From the human T2T-CHM13v2.0 reference genome, Homo sapiens: a DNA stretch of 64,000 nucleotides. The notes beneath the pieces were generated by a model. The model worked only from the letters and a program-made list of their open reading frames with translations. It did no database searches and had not been told where the DNA came from. This document shows positions 1 through 13,149 of this stretch, one piece after another. A program made the position numbers and the translations under genes. Every line of letters starts with the position of its first letter. The stretch's first letter is position 1. The DNA is taken from assembly GCF_009914755.1 (NCBI RefSeq), contig NC_060928.1, one strand, 5' to 3'.

Positions 1-248
1 GATCACGAGGTCAGGAGATCGAGACCATCCTGGCTAACACGGTGAAACCCCGTCTCTACTAAAAATACAAAAAATTAGCCAGGCGAGGTGGCGGCCGCCT
101 GTAGTCCCAGCTACGTGGGAGGCTGAGGCAGGAGAATGGCGTGAACCCCGGGGGGTGGAGCCTGCAGTGAGCCGAGATCGCGCCACTGCACTCCAGCCTG
201 GGTGAAAGAGCAAGACTCCGCCTCAAAAAAAAAAAAAAAAAAAAAAAA
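1..248 (+). mobile_element. AluY, AluYe-like (5' end cut by window edge), poly(A) 225-248
   Basis: AluY body (GATCACGAGGTCAGGAGATCGAGACCATCCTGGCTAACACGG) with GGCGAGGTGG and AACCCCGGGGGG..GGAGCCTGCAG variants that I recall as AluYe diagnostics. Confidence 0.92.
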
Positions 249-409
249 CCAACTAAAGTTTATTTCTTGTTTAGGTTTCATGTCCATCTCAGTTCAGCAT
301 AGGATTCTGATCCACATAGTCCTCCCTCAGAATTGTCTTCCTCCACACCAACAGAACCTTCAAAATTTGGAAATCTATATGGAAGAAAAAAGAACATAAA
401 AACTGTGTA

Positions 410-560
410 CTAAATATTAAAGGCTTCTGCCCAGAAGTGACAAACATCACTTCTACTCTTGTATCATGACCAAAGTTGGTCATATGTTCATGCCTGCATT
501 TGAGGAGATGGAAGTGCAGTTTACACACTTCCGAGAAGGAAATTAAAAATTGGAACATTT
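410..560 (-). mobile_element. Old MaLR LTR fragment (MLT1J/K-like)
   Basis: GGCTTCTGCCCAGAAGTGACAAACATCACTTC resembles the recalled MLT1K-type motif. Confidence 0.45.
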
Positions 561-1894
561 ATGAAAACTACAGAAACTATTGTGGTTTATTCTGGTAGGA
601 AAAAATATTTTATTTACTCTCTTTCCTTAATTTATGAGGCCTAATCCCTTCACAAGTCCAATTTAATCATGGCATCAAAATAAATACTAGTTTTCTGGAT
701 GAAAGATCTTTTTTCTTAAAATGGTAAATGAGAGCATTTAGATCAGCCATGGCTGTGTCTACTCTTGTTTTGGAGATCTATGAATTTACAAAGACATGTT
801 ATCTGCCCCAGAAACATAACGCAATAAACAATGGAGGAAGAGGACTTGAATAACCACAATAAACAATAAACTACAAACTCATTTGGAAAACGGAAGAATG
901 CAACATGCCTCAGAAATCAATTCTTCTTTGGCACTATCTTCCATAGCCACAACTGAAATGGGCATCAGAAAATATTCTCTCCTTAGATGCTGAAAATTGT
1001 TCTCAGATTACTTTCTATTCATAGATAGTTGGGGCCAAGAGTGATTGTGCATCTCAAACAGCAATAGTCATTTATAGTCCAGGCTGATTGTTCTTTTGAC
1101 AGTGTGTCCTCTTTACAAACTTAGTTGGCTTCTTATCAATTTGATTCGGTCGAATTTATGTGTTAATATTCACAAATACCTTGAGCTTATCAGACTTTGT
1201 ACGTGCACATTCTTATTCTCTGTGCCCTGAGGCGTGATTCCCATTTGAAATATTCACTGGATGTCATAATCTTCCTTAGGCTTTGTTTTTTTCATGATGT
1301 ACTTCATCCAGTCAGTAATTTGAAGTATGACTGTCAATGTCATTTCTAAAAATTTTATTTTTGTCCTGAGGCAATACAATGGATTGAAAATGGTTAGTAT
1401 TTTTTTAACCTGTAACTCTTAGTTTTTATCTACATTTCATTTTTTTTTGAAGTCTCTCAATATTTTCCCCTACTGTTTAGTATCTCAAAACAGTTGTCTT
1501 TTTAACATTGCAAAGCTCCACATTTCTGGATATGGTTTATTTCTTTTTATTTGTGCTTTAAAACTGGCCAATGTATTTTGAGGTCCTACTCTTTTTGTAA
1601 TACTTTGCTAAATGTAGTGAAAAGTAACCAACACAGTCTATTTCCTTCTGCTTTCAACCATTTACTTTAGCACTACACGTCCATTAGATATATGGTCTGC
1701 CTTCCGAGTTACAACTAGCAATGTTTTATCAAAAGTTTTGCCACTATGTAATGTGGAGCGTATCTTTTCAGTCTTAAATTAACAGCTTTCTCTTTGCTGA
1801 CCATATGGATAATGAGAGAGTATATGGTATGTTAGAGTTTTATTATTTAGCACCCAAATGCTAAAACTTCACTTTTATATTAAACAGGATGAAA

Positions 1895-2380
1895 GAAGTT
1901 AGAGTCTGTAAAAGCAAACCCAAAACTTCAGAGCTTAAAAATAAAGATTTATTTTCCATTCACATCACTTTATTTTCATCTCAAGTCAGCAGGGACGTCT
2001 ATTTAATATCTTCAAGGCTAATGGGTCCAGGCTAGCAAACATCTACTTTTTAGACTACCTATTGCATTGCAGCAGTATCAAAAATTGGAAAGTCTTGTGC
2101 TGGCGCATACAGGCTTCTGTACAAAAGTGAAATACATCATATTTCTCATTTTTCTTCTTTTTAAAAAAGACTTTTTGTTTGAATTAATTTTAGATTTATA
2201 AAATTGTTGCAAAAATAGTACTGAGTTTCCATATCCCTTACCTAACTTCTCCTAATAGTAACATATTACATAATTATAGTGCAATGATAAAAAGATACAT
2301 TATATTTTATTGGCAGTACTACTGCATGCCTGAAATGAGGAGAATCTTACCATTGGTGAACTGCCCTATTGGCTACCACA
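1895..2380 (-). mobile_element. Old MLT1J/K-like LTR interrupted by an L1M 3'-end fragment (about 2160-2295)
   Basis: AGGCTTCTGTACAAAAGTGAAATACATCA repeats the motif seen at 420; TTTTAGATTTATAAAATTGTTGCAAAAATAGTA is a typical antisense L1MC/MD 3' end. Confidence 0.4.
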
Positions 2381-4459
2381 GGCAATATCTAGAGGCATTG
2401 GTGGATTAGAACATCATTTTTACCGTTATTCTTAAGATAGAAGTGACTGAATATGTCTGTTTCCTAAGGAGAATTATCCACAAGTGTGAGAAATTATAAA
2501 CACCAGGAAGAATGATATTAATTTTGTTGGAGCATTGTTGCTGAGGAGAATAAAGAAGATAGAACCTATGCAGAGGCAAAGACATTATCCTTGAAAAATA
2601 AATGGGATTTTTTTTATCTCTTTTGTCAAGGGAAAAATAAAGTCATACTGGTATAGATAAGGTTAAATTTGAAAGTGAGGAATATCATATCTGAGAACCA
2701 GGACTTTCTCAGGGAAGCTGAAAGTCATTGCAAAGATACTAGGGTGCATACAATATATTCAAAATGTCTTCTGCAGTTTAGGTTAACCCAAAATTATAAT
2801 AGGAGAAACTATTACTTGAAATCATTTACGTTTTATAATACAAGCAGTTGTTTCATCTCACAACAAAAACTGAGAAGGTAAAAAAGCATATAGTATAAAA
2901 GCTTTTAGCCAAAACAGACTTTAATTTTTCAGAGAATCTGTTTACAAAGTGTTTTTCACTTTACTGCTGGACTCCCTGAGAGAGATACCCCTATAGTTAT
3001 TCTAAGTTTTATATTAAAGATTGAGGAAAAGAGACGAAAATGGCAAAGAAAAGAGAGAACAAAATTTGCACTGAGCAAAAGAATTCCTGAGTGATTCTTC
3101 TCCGCCATTATGAGTATAGTGCTTATGAAAAATTTTATAAATCCACAGAGCAGCAAAAATTGCATAGTATTTTATTATTTATTATGTTTTAGGTGATAGA
3201 TAACTTTTATTTTCTAAACATTTTCTCCTTAGTTTTTATTTTAGTGAGGAAAATGATCACCTAGGATCACTTTAAAGTTTCATAGCACGTAAACATTTTG
3301 TAAGATTTGCAAGATCCGAATGATAATGATTAAAAGCTTGGAACTCACTTCCTACTTTATTTATCATTTACAATGTCACTTTCTTGACAAGTGTTTTTAA
3401 GTGCCAAATATGGGACTTTGGTAAAATGCTGGTCTTCTTTGAAGCATTTACACTCCAGAAGGGAGGATAAAGCATGCACTTACACACTTTACAACTTGCA
3501 ACTCAAATTTGGAATATAGAAACACAGTTACATATCTCACATACGTGTTTTACATGTCTGGAGTAGCAGAAGTCCAATACATCTCTTTCTGAATCTCCTA
3601 CTCATTTTGCCTCCTCCTGCAAATAAGTTATCCAAAAACGACTTGGATTATTCAATCCAAGATGTCCATTTTTGCCTTCAAGTTCTCCCCAAAAATAAAT
3701 AAATAAATAAAATTTAAAAAAATGAAGGATCCGCTAACTTCACTAGGTGGCTTTCATTCTACTGCACTTTTTCTGCCACTCACTTGGTTTCCAAGTTGCA
3801 AGCAGATAATTTCTATTTCTTGGAATGATGAGCCTACTTCTGGAATAGTAATACACTCTTTGAATATAGTGAAGAGAGGCAAAGAGGTTTCATCCTGGTA
3901 TTCTCAGCTGTTGTCACTTTCAATCCTTCCATCGGTTACAACTATTTAATCACTGGTGATAGTACAATCACCTATTATTATAATTTGTGAGAATTATCTC
4001 ACTCAGTCAAAAGAACTTCCTATGTACTCTTTAGCTTACAGTTATATGTTCAGAAATTATTCAGAAGCACGCATTCTTCCATGGCCACAGCCTTTATTCA
4101 GAACTATTTCAAACTATCAGGATGGTTCTGATCACACTAAAGCTCAAAGAGAAATAGGTCATCAGTTTAAATTGAATTTGCTCCCAGGAAACTTTTTGGC
4201 TCCAAATGTCCCATAGATTCCTCTGAGGGAAAGCTCATATTTCAAGTCTTACTAGAAATGGAATTCTTCAGTAGGCCACCAACAATAAATGTGTTACTCT
4301 ATTTTTTCAGTAAAATGGGTGACTACTTATAAATACATGATGAGAAGGATTCAATTAAATGATTCTTTCACGAATAAAAATATCTTTCAAGGTTATTTAT
4401 TATGGTTTCCACCTACACAATTTTAAAATGGAAACTGAGCTAGTAAAATAAATAAATTA

Positions 4460-4495
4460 GATGATGATGATGATGATAAAGATAGAGACATAGAT

Positions 4496-4536
<41 letters not shown>

Positions 4537-4549
4537 ACAGATAGATAAT
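4460..4549 (+). repeat. Compound (GAT)n/(GATA)n microsatellite, perfect (GATA)10 at 4496-4535
   Basis: Read directly. Confidence 0.97.
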
Positions 4550-4555
4550 AGAGAG

Positions 4556-4961
4556 AGTAATAGAGAGCATGGCTCTATTTTTTTACTTTCTACTAGTGAC
4601 AACTTTTAAGTCCCACCTCTCTTCCCTTCTGTCTCACATCCAGGCAAACTAATAAGAAAAGCCAGGTGATCCCTCGTTTGTTAGGTCCAAATCACACAGG
4701 CCCCTTCCCACATGTGAGAACTTTCACCTCTGCCCCACTTAACCCTAATAAAAAATGCCAAGCAATGTCTTTTTTGTGTGTGCTCTGTCAAGCCATTTTC
4801 ATACCTACTTGCTAGCTTCCCTGCTCTTCCCAGAAAGTCTCATTACAGGAGTAATCAATCTTTTCATACCTTATTGGAGTTTGAGTGTGTCAGCATCAGT
4901 CCTGACATTTAAGTCAAATTTGGGGTGGGAGTCCACCCTGCTCTGCAGGGTAACCCCAACA
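4556..4961 (+). mobile_element. LTR47-like ERVL LTR (5' LTR)
   Basis: Collinear with 5497-5902; ends ...CCCCAACA and is followed directly by a PBS. Confidence 0.75.
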
Positions 4962-4963
4962 GT

Positions 4964-4981
4964 TGGTACTGTGAGCAGGAT
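4964..4981 (+). other. Retroviral primer-binding site, tRNA-Ser(CGA) type
   Basis: TGGTACTGTGAGCAGGAT vs TGGCGCTGTGAGCAGGAT (complement of the recalled tRNA-Ser-CGA 3' end); 16/18, both mismatches at one CpG; 2 nt after the LTR end. Confidence 0.8.
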
Positions 4982-5496
4982 CTCTGAAAGATAATCGCCA
5001 CCCAAGAAGAAATCTTTCTTTTCTTGCTTTTGTTTGCTAACTGACCCTGCTGTGTGCAGGTTAGCTTGTACTTTGAACAGTGCAGCTTAGAGCTGCATTT
5101 GCTAAATTCTACTAAGCATTGCTTATAGATATCACTGACCTGTGTTTTAATAGTTGGCATTTAGGGACAAGAATATGAGAATAGGGCCCTCCTTAAAGTG
5201 GCCTCAGTTCATGTGTCTTGGCCTGCTAAAGCTTCAGTATAAGCCTTCATCAAGACGTTCCTTATCTGATTCATAGTACTAGATATCACTGATAGTAACC
5301 AAAGCAACCATTTATTTCACTTCTCAGAATACACAATACTGGGCCCTCTCTCAAGGTATTCAGCAGAACTTGCACTTCTCTTACTCACCTCAGGCTGCTT
5401 CCCTTATAAAGCACCACAATCGCTTACTTAACTTCAAATTCAATTAAATGAAAAAAAAAAATGGCACACTTAGGTCGCCAAACATGAAAAGTAAAT

Positions 5497-5902
5497 TGTA
5501 ATAAAGAGTAACTCCATCTTTTGACATTTGTTTGTCGATAGCTTTTAAGCCTCACCCTTCCCTTTTCCCCTTCTGCCCCACATTTAGGAAAGCTGATAAG
5601 AGAAAGCCCTGGTATGCCCTCCTTTGGCGCCAGTGGGAGGCTCAAAGCACAAAAGCTCCTTCTGTTGCATGGGGTCCCTCACTCCAGCCCATCCCCCGAC
5701 CACAGTGAAAACCCCAAACCTGCTCTCTCAAGCTATTTTCAGATCTATCTGGGAACTCCCCCGCTTTCCCTAGAAAGTTTCATTATGTGACTCATAAAAC
5801 TTTTCATACCCTCCAGGTGTGTGTGGTGGGGGGCGTTGTCAGTCTCAAAATCTAAGCCAGTTTTCAGTAGGGTTCCATACTGCTTTTGAAGGATGGTCAC
5901 TA
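5497..5902 (+). mobile_element. LTR47-like ERVL LTR (second copy)
   Basis: Starts TGTAATAAAGAGTAACTCCATC; contains CTTCTGCCCCACAT..AAGCTGATAAG..CCTTTGGCGCC and ATAAAACTTTTCATACCCTC. Confidence 0.78.
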
Positions 5903-5913
5903 TATATATATAT

Positions 5914-5954
<41 letters not shown>
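5901..5954 (+). repeat. (TA)n(CA)n microsatellite
   Basis: Read directly. Confidence 0.97.
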
Positions 5955-5957
<3 letters not shown>

Positions 5958-6094
5958 GATAGGGGGCCAGATAGACAGATTGATGACAGAGACTAAAGTC
6001 AAAGAAAATCCACACCTCTTTAAAGATTATGAGAATATCAGCCTGAACTTCACCGCATTTGTTATATAATTTAAGAAATATAACATATTGGTGT

Positions 6095-6202
6095 ACTCTA
6101 GACCAGTGTCAATGGTAATGTGCCTGTGAATCACCTAGGAATCTTGTTAAAATGTAGATTTTAAATCAGGAGAGCTATGGTCGGGACTAAAATTCTGCAT
6201 AC
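6095..6202. mobile_element. MER5-like hAT-Charlie MITE fragment
   Basis: GAATCACCTAGGAATCTTGTTAAAATGTAGATT...AAATTCTGCAT matches the MER5 core. Confidence 0.7.
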
Positions 6203-6499
6203 AAGATTATAGTGGGTTTTCAAACCTTGATTAAGGAGGGTTCATGGGAGATGTCTGATTCACAGCCTGATCAATATCACATACACTGGCAGATAAGTAA
6301 CTTCCTCCTAAAAGGTTGAGAATTGAAAGAAGGTCAAAAAAATGAGGTGGATGGGGAGACATAAGAATAAATGCTGTGCACAAAATAACTAATGCACATT
6401 CCACTTGGAGAGTAAATGTCTTCGGTTGAATAATACCTTGATGAACTGATTTATTTCTTGTTGAAACTTCATTTTCCTCACACACTAGCAGTTATCCTT

Positions 6500-8100
6500 C
6501 CAAAAACTCAAAGCCCATGCTTAAGACTACTATCGTTGAGAAAAACTACGCCGTAATATCCAGACAGTCCAATGTGGGAAAGCTTGTTTCTGCTGTCATG
6601 CCACACAGCCAAGCCAAGAAATAATGTCTGCAAGCTGGGAGCACAAACCTGTGGGTGATTGTTTTGGTGTCTGTCAGCTTTAGTCTTCCTTTCATTGTGA
6701 TGTCTCCTTAAAAATTTCAGTTCCTATTTGCCTCAGCCTATGTTTCTTGTCAAACTCTTCAATATCCCAAAGTTGGTAGGATCTTCCTGAAAATGATCAC
6801 GGATATACATACAAGATAGCATAGATGTATAGGATCTATTTCATTTGCAACCTTATGTGCAACCAGCATACAAACCATATGATTTTGCTGATGTTCACAT
6901 AATTTTTGCTTGTAGTGTTAGCTTACGAAACTTCTGCGACATTGTGTGGGGTCTTTTCCCAATGTTTATTTCTATGCAACTCGCCACATTATTTTTTTCT
7001 GCTATTGTTAGTGCTTTCATTAATGTTTGTTTAGGTTTCCCTTTTTAATCCACAGTAGGAACAAGTTGTCGATTCCTAGATTGGGTTTTTGCTCTCTGCT
7101 GTGCACAGATTGGGAGTGTAGAATTTCTAATGAAGTCTCTTCATGTTTACTTTTACTGTATGCCAAATGATGAAGCTTTATTATAGCAATTCCCTTGCTC
7201 GCTTTAAATACTGTCATCCTGCACAGCTCAAATGTCTGTTGGACTACAAGGCCTTCACCAGTTGTTAAATATTTGAAATTAGATGGTTTGTTTATTAAAG
7301 GCATTGGGTCACAGCTAATCATTGAAGCTGTTTCTGGGTATTTACATTATTTATTCTGTGGAAGCTCTTCATATACACATACGTTAAAGTGTACGTTTCT
7401 GGGATTATCCTCAACACAATGATATTGAATAAACATTATTTCGATTTACTTTATTGACCTTCACTTTCTCATTTAAGCATATTTTCTCTCTGCTGCACGA
7501 GGTTCATGTCGAACGAGTCAGTCTTACTGATAACATAACTGGATGTGGACATACTGGGAGGCTTGCTATTATTTAGACTTGGCTAGGTCCCTATAACTTT
7601 GTCACTTCAAAATTACATGCATACTTAATGACATTCATTTTTCTTATTGTACCCATTACAAAGGATCCTTGTAATTTTTCTGTCATTAAAGAGGGAGCTC
7701 TTTGTTGTATATAAACATAAGGGATATGGTTTTTCATTGATAATCCCGTCTTAACTGAACATTTTGCATTTGCCTATAGATATTTCCTTAATAATATTCT
7801 TCGTATTAAATATTCTTTCCAGGTCATCAGAACTCATGCTGTACAATAAAAACTCCCTAGTCTAGGATTTTATCTTTGTTTCTTTAACACATTTTTATTC
7901 CTGGCATTTAATTTACTTCTACTGCATTTTAGAAGCATATTTAATGTTAAAACTTATCAGTGAAGCAAATGAAATCAGAGTACAGAGATGTGGCTTGAAA
8001 ATAGATATTGGTTACATAATGTTATCTTTCCATTCTGATGCCATAAGTGATCATAGAGCTTTCCTTGTTATACGACTTCAGAGAAGAGACAATACAGTAG
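6500..8100 (-). pseudogene. Unassigned degenerate coding-like relic (possible env/viral glycoprotein remnant)
   Basis: Minus-strand frames 7858-7625 (78 codons, 1 internal stop), 7436-7020 (139 codons, 1 internal stop) and 7080-6898 (61 codons, 1 stop) in AT-rich DNA; A-rich minus strand; Cys-spaced motifs. Confidence 0.3.
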
Positions 8101-10195
8101 AAGAAAGTGAGGGAAAATAGTCTTTCAAGCAATGTCCTCCTGATAGTCCTTTTCTCTAATCAAAAGAGAAGAAATCTCTATATTTTTAAGTTAGAAAGAA
8201 AATTCACTACAGCAACTTGACTTTTCCCAGTGGCCCCATTTGTGGAAATATAGTGAATATTTCTCATAGCTATGATTCCAAATTGAGGCCTCAGACGTTA
8301 AAAAAAAAAAGTTAAAAGCTTTGGATGTCTTCTCTTCAAGGATCTAACAGTTGTAAAATTCAAATACAGAGCCACATAATCAAAATATCAGCCTGATTAA
8401 TAGCATCCGATTAGTAGCCAATATTTAGACTTCCCTGAAAATGTTTGGATGGAAGAACACTGCTTAGCCCCTTATCTCTTGCACTATACTGAATACAGCC
8501 AGGAATCCAAGAGACAATCTTATTTTACGTACCCAGGTAAAGCAGGAAAGTTTCTCCTGCTGAAATAATACCTGTCTCATGGGCTTTTTACAGAATTTGC
8601 AAGCATTCATAGTGCTTGGGCTCAGGCAGGTCTAGCAGAAAACAGGGGTAAAGCGGTAGAGGGTTAAAGTCAATACAGCTTGTCAATGCGTGAATACTGA
8701 CCTTTCCCTTATAAACAAAGCTGAGTAGAGAAAGACAGCCAAGAATGTGTCAGTTTTCCAACAATTAGAAAAAAATCATTACTTTTTCCTTTATGAACTA
8801 TAAAAATATAGGTGGGTCAAATGTTGAAAAATGTTTTATTCTCTCTTCATCAGGTGAAAGACATCAGTGGAGAAAGAGAATAGTTCGCCCTAATAACACT
8901 CTTTTCTCTGTATCTAAAGGTACAACTCAAAGATTATTTTCCATTGAAGTTTTTTCTTATAGTTTCAATTGCAACTGCATAAAGCTCACTATGCCAAAGA
9001 CACTGTCTTAGGTGGTGTTAGGGCTCCAGATCAGAAAAATATAAAAGTTGTGATATCAGAAATTATCAAATACAATTATTTAATTTAAAATATAAAGAAA
9101 CCAGGCCATAAGCCACTAGTTGAGTGCTTTCTTCTGTTCAATTTCTTTTCAATTGTTATTTATTCTAAAAGTCTGGCAACTTCAAGGACTTTGGTCCTGA
9201 GTCTTTATTCTGCAAAATCCCCAAGGCAGTCAGTAGCAGCTCACAGTATACTAATTATGTTCATGTAAGAATGGTATGAACCAGCTTTCCAATCCAAATG
9301 GAATTATCTCTTAGGTCATGTCATTATTGTTGGTTCTTGAACCCACTTTAAGTACTAACAAGACTTTAAAGCTCAAATAAAGGCATTGGTCTTTCACAGG
9401 AAGAAGAATATTGTGGGATGAAGAAGGAGGAAAAAGTTGGATACAGATGAAATCTGGACCATAGATTTGGTGATGGAAAGATGGAGAATTTCCAATTCTG
9501 GAATTTGTCTTCTAATTTGTCAGTACATGTGACACAGAACCACATGTAAGGAGAAAGAGAGTGAAGATTTAAGATTGGGGTTAGTGGGAAAGTTAGCAGA
9601 TAAAAGACAGTGTATTTTCTAGGCAGAAGATTCCATTTGCAGTTGATTTTCACTAATTTTCAGTACAGTCCATCAGCCTCAGTTGTGTGACTTTCTCCAA
9701 CAGTTTTCTAGCGCTTCCTTTCAGGAATGGAGAAGAAGACTCTTATTTTAAATGAGTTAAGTTCTTCCAAGTGTATGTGATATAGGAAGAAAGAGGATAG
9801 TGAGGGAATACTATTAGGAAAAGAATAAATAATAATGAATCATGGAATCTAAGTGGCATATGGAAGCAAATGTAGACAAGTGGGCTACAGGGTTCTCAAG
9901 AAGTCATATAACTGAGGGAGTGAAAGTACTATAGCAATAAAACAGTAAGAATAAAAGTTTGAGGCAAAAACCGTGTTTTACTTTGTACACTTATCTATTG
10001 TTTATGGCATAGTGCAAAGTATATAGAAGATTTTTTAAAATGCTACATATCAACTAATATTTTTTCAAATAAAAAGCTTAATAATTGTGAATCCTAAATC
10101 ACATCTCTATTATTATTATTATAGATAAATAGTTGATGGGCACAAATTACTGCTTCTACTACTATTATTACACTACTGAAAATAGCTAATTTATG

Positions 10196-10707
10196 ATAAT
10201 TAGTCAATGTTCTCCAGGGAGGTAGAACCAATGGGATATAGATAGATATATAGAAAGAGATTTCTTATAAGGGATTGGCCCACAATATTACGGAGGCTGG
10301 GAAGTCCCACAACCTGCCATCTGCAAGGTGGAGGCTCAAGAATGCTGGTGGTATAATTCCAGTCCAAGCCCAAAGCCTGAACAATCAAGGAAGCCAACAG
10401 TGTAAGTCCCAGCCCAAGTCCAAAAGTACAAGAGCCAGGACCACCAATGTCCAAGGGCAGGAGAAGATGGTGCCAGATCAAGCAGAGAGAAAATTTACCC
10501 TTCCTCTATGTTTTGTTCTATTCAGCCCATTAACAGGTTGAATGATGCCTGTCTACATTGGTGAGAGCGATCTGCTTTACAGTCTACAGATTCAAAAGCT
10601 AACCTCTTCCAGAAACAGCCTCACACATATATTTAGACATAATGTTTTGCCAGCTATAGGAGTATTTCTTTGCCCAGTCACATTGACACATTACATTAAC
10701 CGTCACA
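10196..10707 (-). mobile_element. MLT2 (MLT2B-like) ERVL solo LTR
   Basis: TTAGTCAATGTTCTCCAG..AGAACCAATGGGA at one end; CCCAGTCACATTGACACATTACATTAACCGTCACA (reverse complement of TGTGATGGTTAAT..GTGTCAA) at the other. Confidence 0.88.
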
Positions 10708-11134
10708 TGTAGTAACAGCTAATAGTTTATAAGTATCTGATTTGGGGATTCCTGACTCAATAAATCATCTTATTTAGTTATATAAATTCATTAAAAAACA
10801 AATATTTATCAAGTGTCTAATCTGTCAGATTCAATTGTTGGCACTAGGATCATAATCTCATTTTATTTTTGTATAAAAACAGAAACCCAGAGGATTTTAA
10901 GTTTTGATTTGAAGTACATATTCATGTGGTTTTTAATCATGCCATGCTAGAGCCACTGGAGAGCAACAATTGTTTCTCAGGATATTAATGTGCTTGCCAT
11001 AACTCAGGTAGTTCATGCATTTATGTATTCTATGGTCTTTATTCTTTAAAAAATGTTACTTGAGCATTTTCATGTACACCTCATTGTGCTTTATATCATA
11101 GACAAATGTACTAACATGGAGGAGATATAAGTAA

Positions 11135-11541
<407 letters not shown>

Positions 11542-13149
11542 TCCTGCCTATGTTTCTACTTCAGATTTCTCCTTCATAGACTCTGAGGTGGAAAGAAGCA
11601 AGCTACACCAAAATCAGCTCATTTGAATTGCAAACATGCTAAGGGAGTAAAAGTCTGGTCAAAAAAAATTGTGCAAAATAGTTCTGAGCAAAAGTGCTGG
11701 CATTCTTCAATAATGATATATGAACCAAGGTTTTGTTACCACAGTATTTGCAATAACCAAAAAATTTGGAAGTAGTCATTGATAAATGATGGTTTGAATT
11801 AAAATGTTATATTCAAATAGGAAAAACTGTTAGAATTTAAAAATAATTAGGTATAGTTCTATATGTTATTAGTGGATAATTCCTATGACAGGTAATTAAT
11901 TGGAGAAAAAAACCAAGATACAAAATAAAATGTATTTGTGTACAGGCCAAGTGTTAGTTATGGTGGGTAGAGTGAAGGAGAAATCCTTCTGTCAGTCATT
12001 CTGTCAGTCAATAAATAAATATTATATTCTGAGTTCCTGGTGCCACTGTTTAAAGTGCATACATTGTTATCAAGGAACAATTTAGGCTAAAAAACAAACA
12101 AAAAGAAAAACATACACAACAATACCTTCCCAAACTGTGTCTGTGGATAACCTTTAATTTAAACACGATCATATTGTTTACATATATTACTTGTATAAAT
12201 CATGTCACTGAAGTGGTCTACAGGACCCAAATGTGTATGTAGTTCAATCACATTGATTGATCATATTCATCATAAAGCTGCGTGCCTAACTTAAATTAAC
12301 AGGAGTAACAGAAGATGACACATGACAAAGAATACAAAGTTGAATATCTCTTCATATGCCCAGATTAGACTCTTAAACAATTGACTCTAGAAATAATTCC
12401 AGTAATGTGTCTTTGATTGGGTTACATTTAGCTAATCTCAGAGAAATTTTGGTTTACAGATTTTAGTTTTCAAATTGAACCAAAATGATATGTACTTTAC
12501 AGTAACAAAAGGTTTTAAATGGAAAGGCCTCCTCAATATCTGTTCTTTATCATTTTTCCTCTTCAAAACACTAGCAGCTAAGGAAACATTTTTTTCTCAG
12601 TTAAACTACAGAATTTTTTCAATTAAACTACAGAACAAAATTTAATTAATATGCCATGTCTAATGATATAACTTTGATCTGCTACACCTCGTTGGTTAAG
12701 TGACAATCAACGGCATGTCAGAGGTTTAACTTGGTCAATTATTTGAGAAATTAGATATCGAGGTTATTGTGATCAAGTGGCAAGTTGATTTTCAAATTGA
12801 CAGGATATATGTGAGTTAGTGTGTTTCCCTAGGAAATCAGGTGAAATCATTTCAGGAAATAGCATTCTTTTAAAAATTCAGTTTTCTAAAACCTCTAAAA
12901 GAAAGAAATGCTTATCAAGTAAAGCCTTAAACTATAGATATCGCGTGAAGGAATTTAATATTTACTGGGGTGTTACACCCCAGTATTAATTCCTTGCTTC
13001 TTTTAGAGTAATTCAGAACATTGTATATAGTGAATTTATTATTTAATCTTAGAATACAGTAAAAAACATTTTGTTCTATTGATCAGAACATTACTGAGTT
13101 CAAAAGAAAATGGTGAGGGCTTATTGTTTTTCAACAGTATAGTCACAAA

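Noticed and set aside
6845-7180. Plus-strand resemblance to bornavirus G (FCDIVWGLF, DWVFALCC)
   Set aside because: Only a few residues match, the hallmark downstream G motifs were not found, and strand composition favours minus-strand coding.
12590-12635. Short tandem duplications here and at about 51272-51310 and 14553-14597
   Set aside because: Ordinary slippage duplications of about 20 bp.
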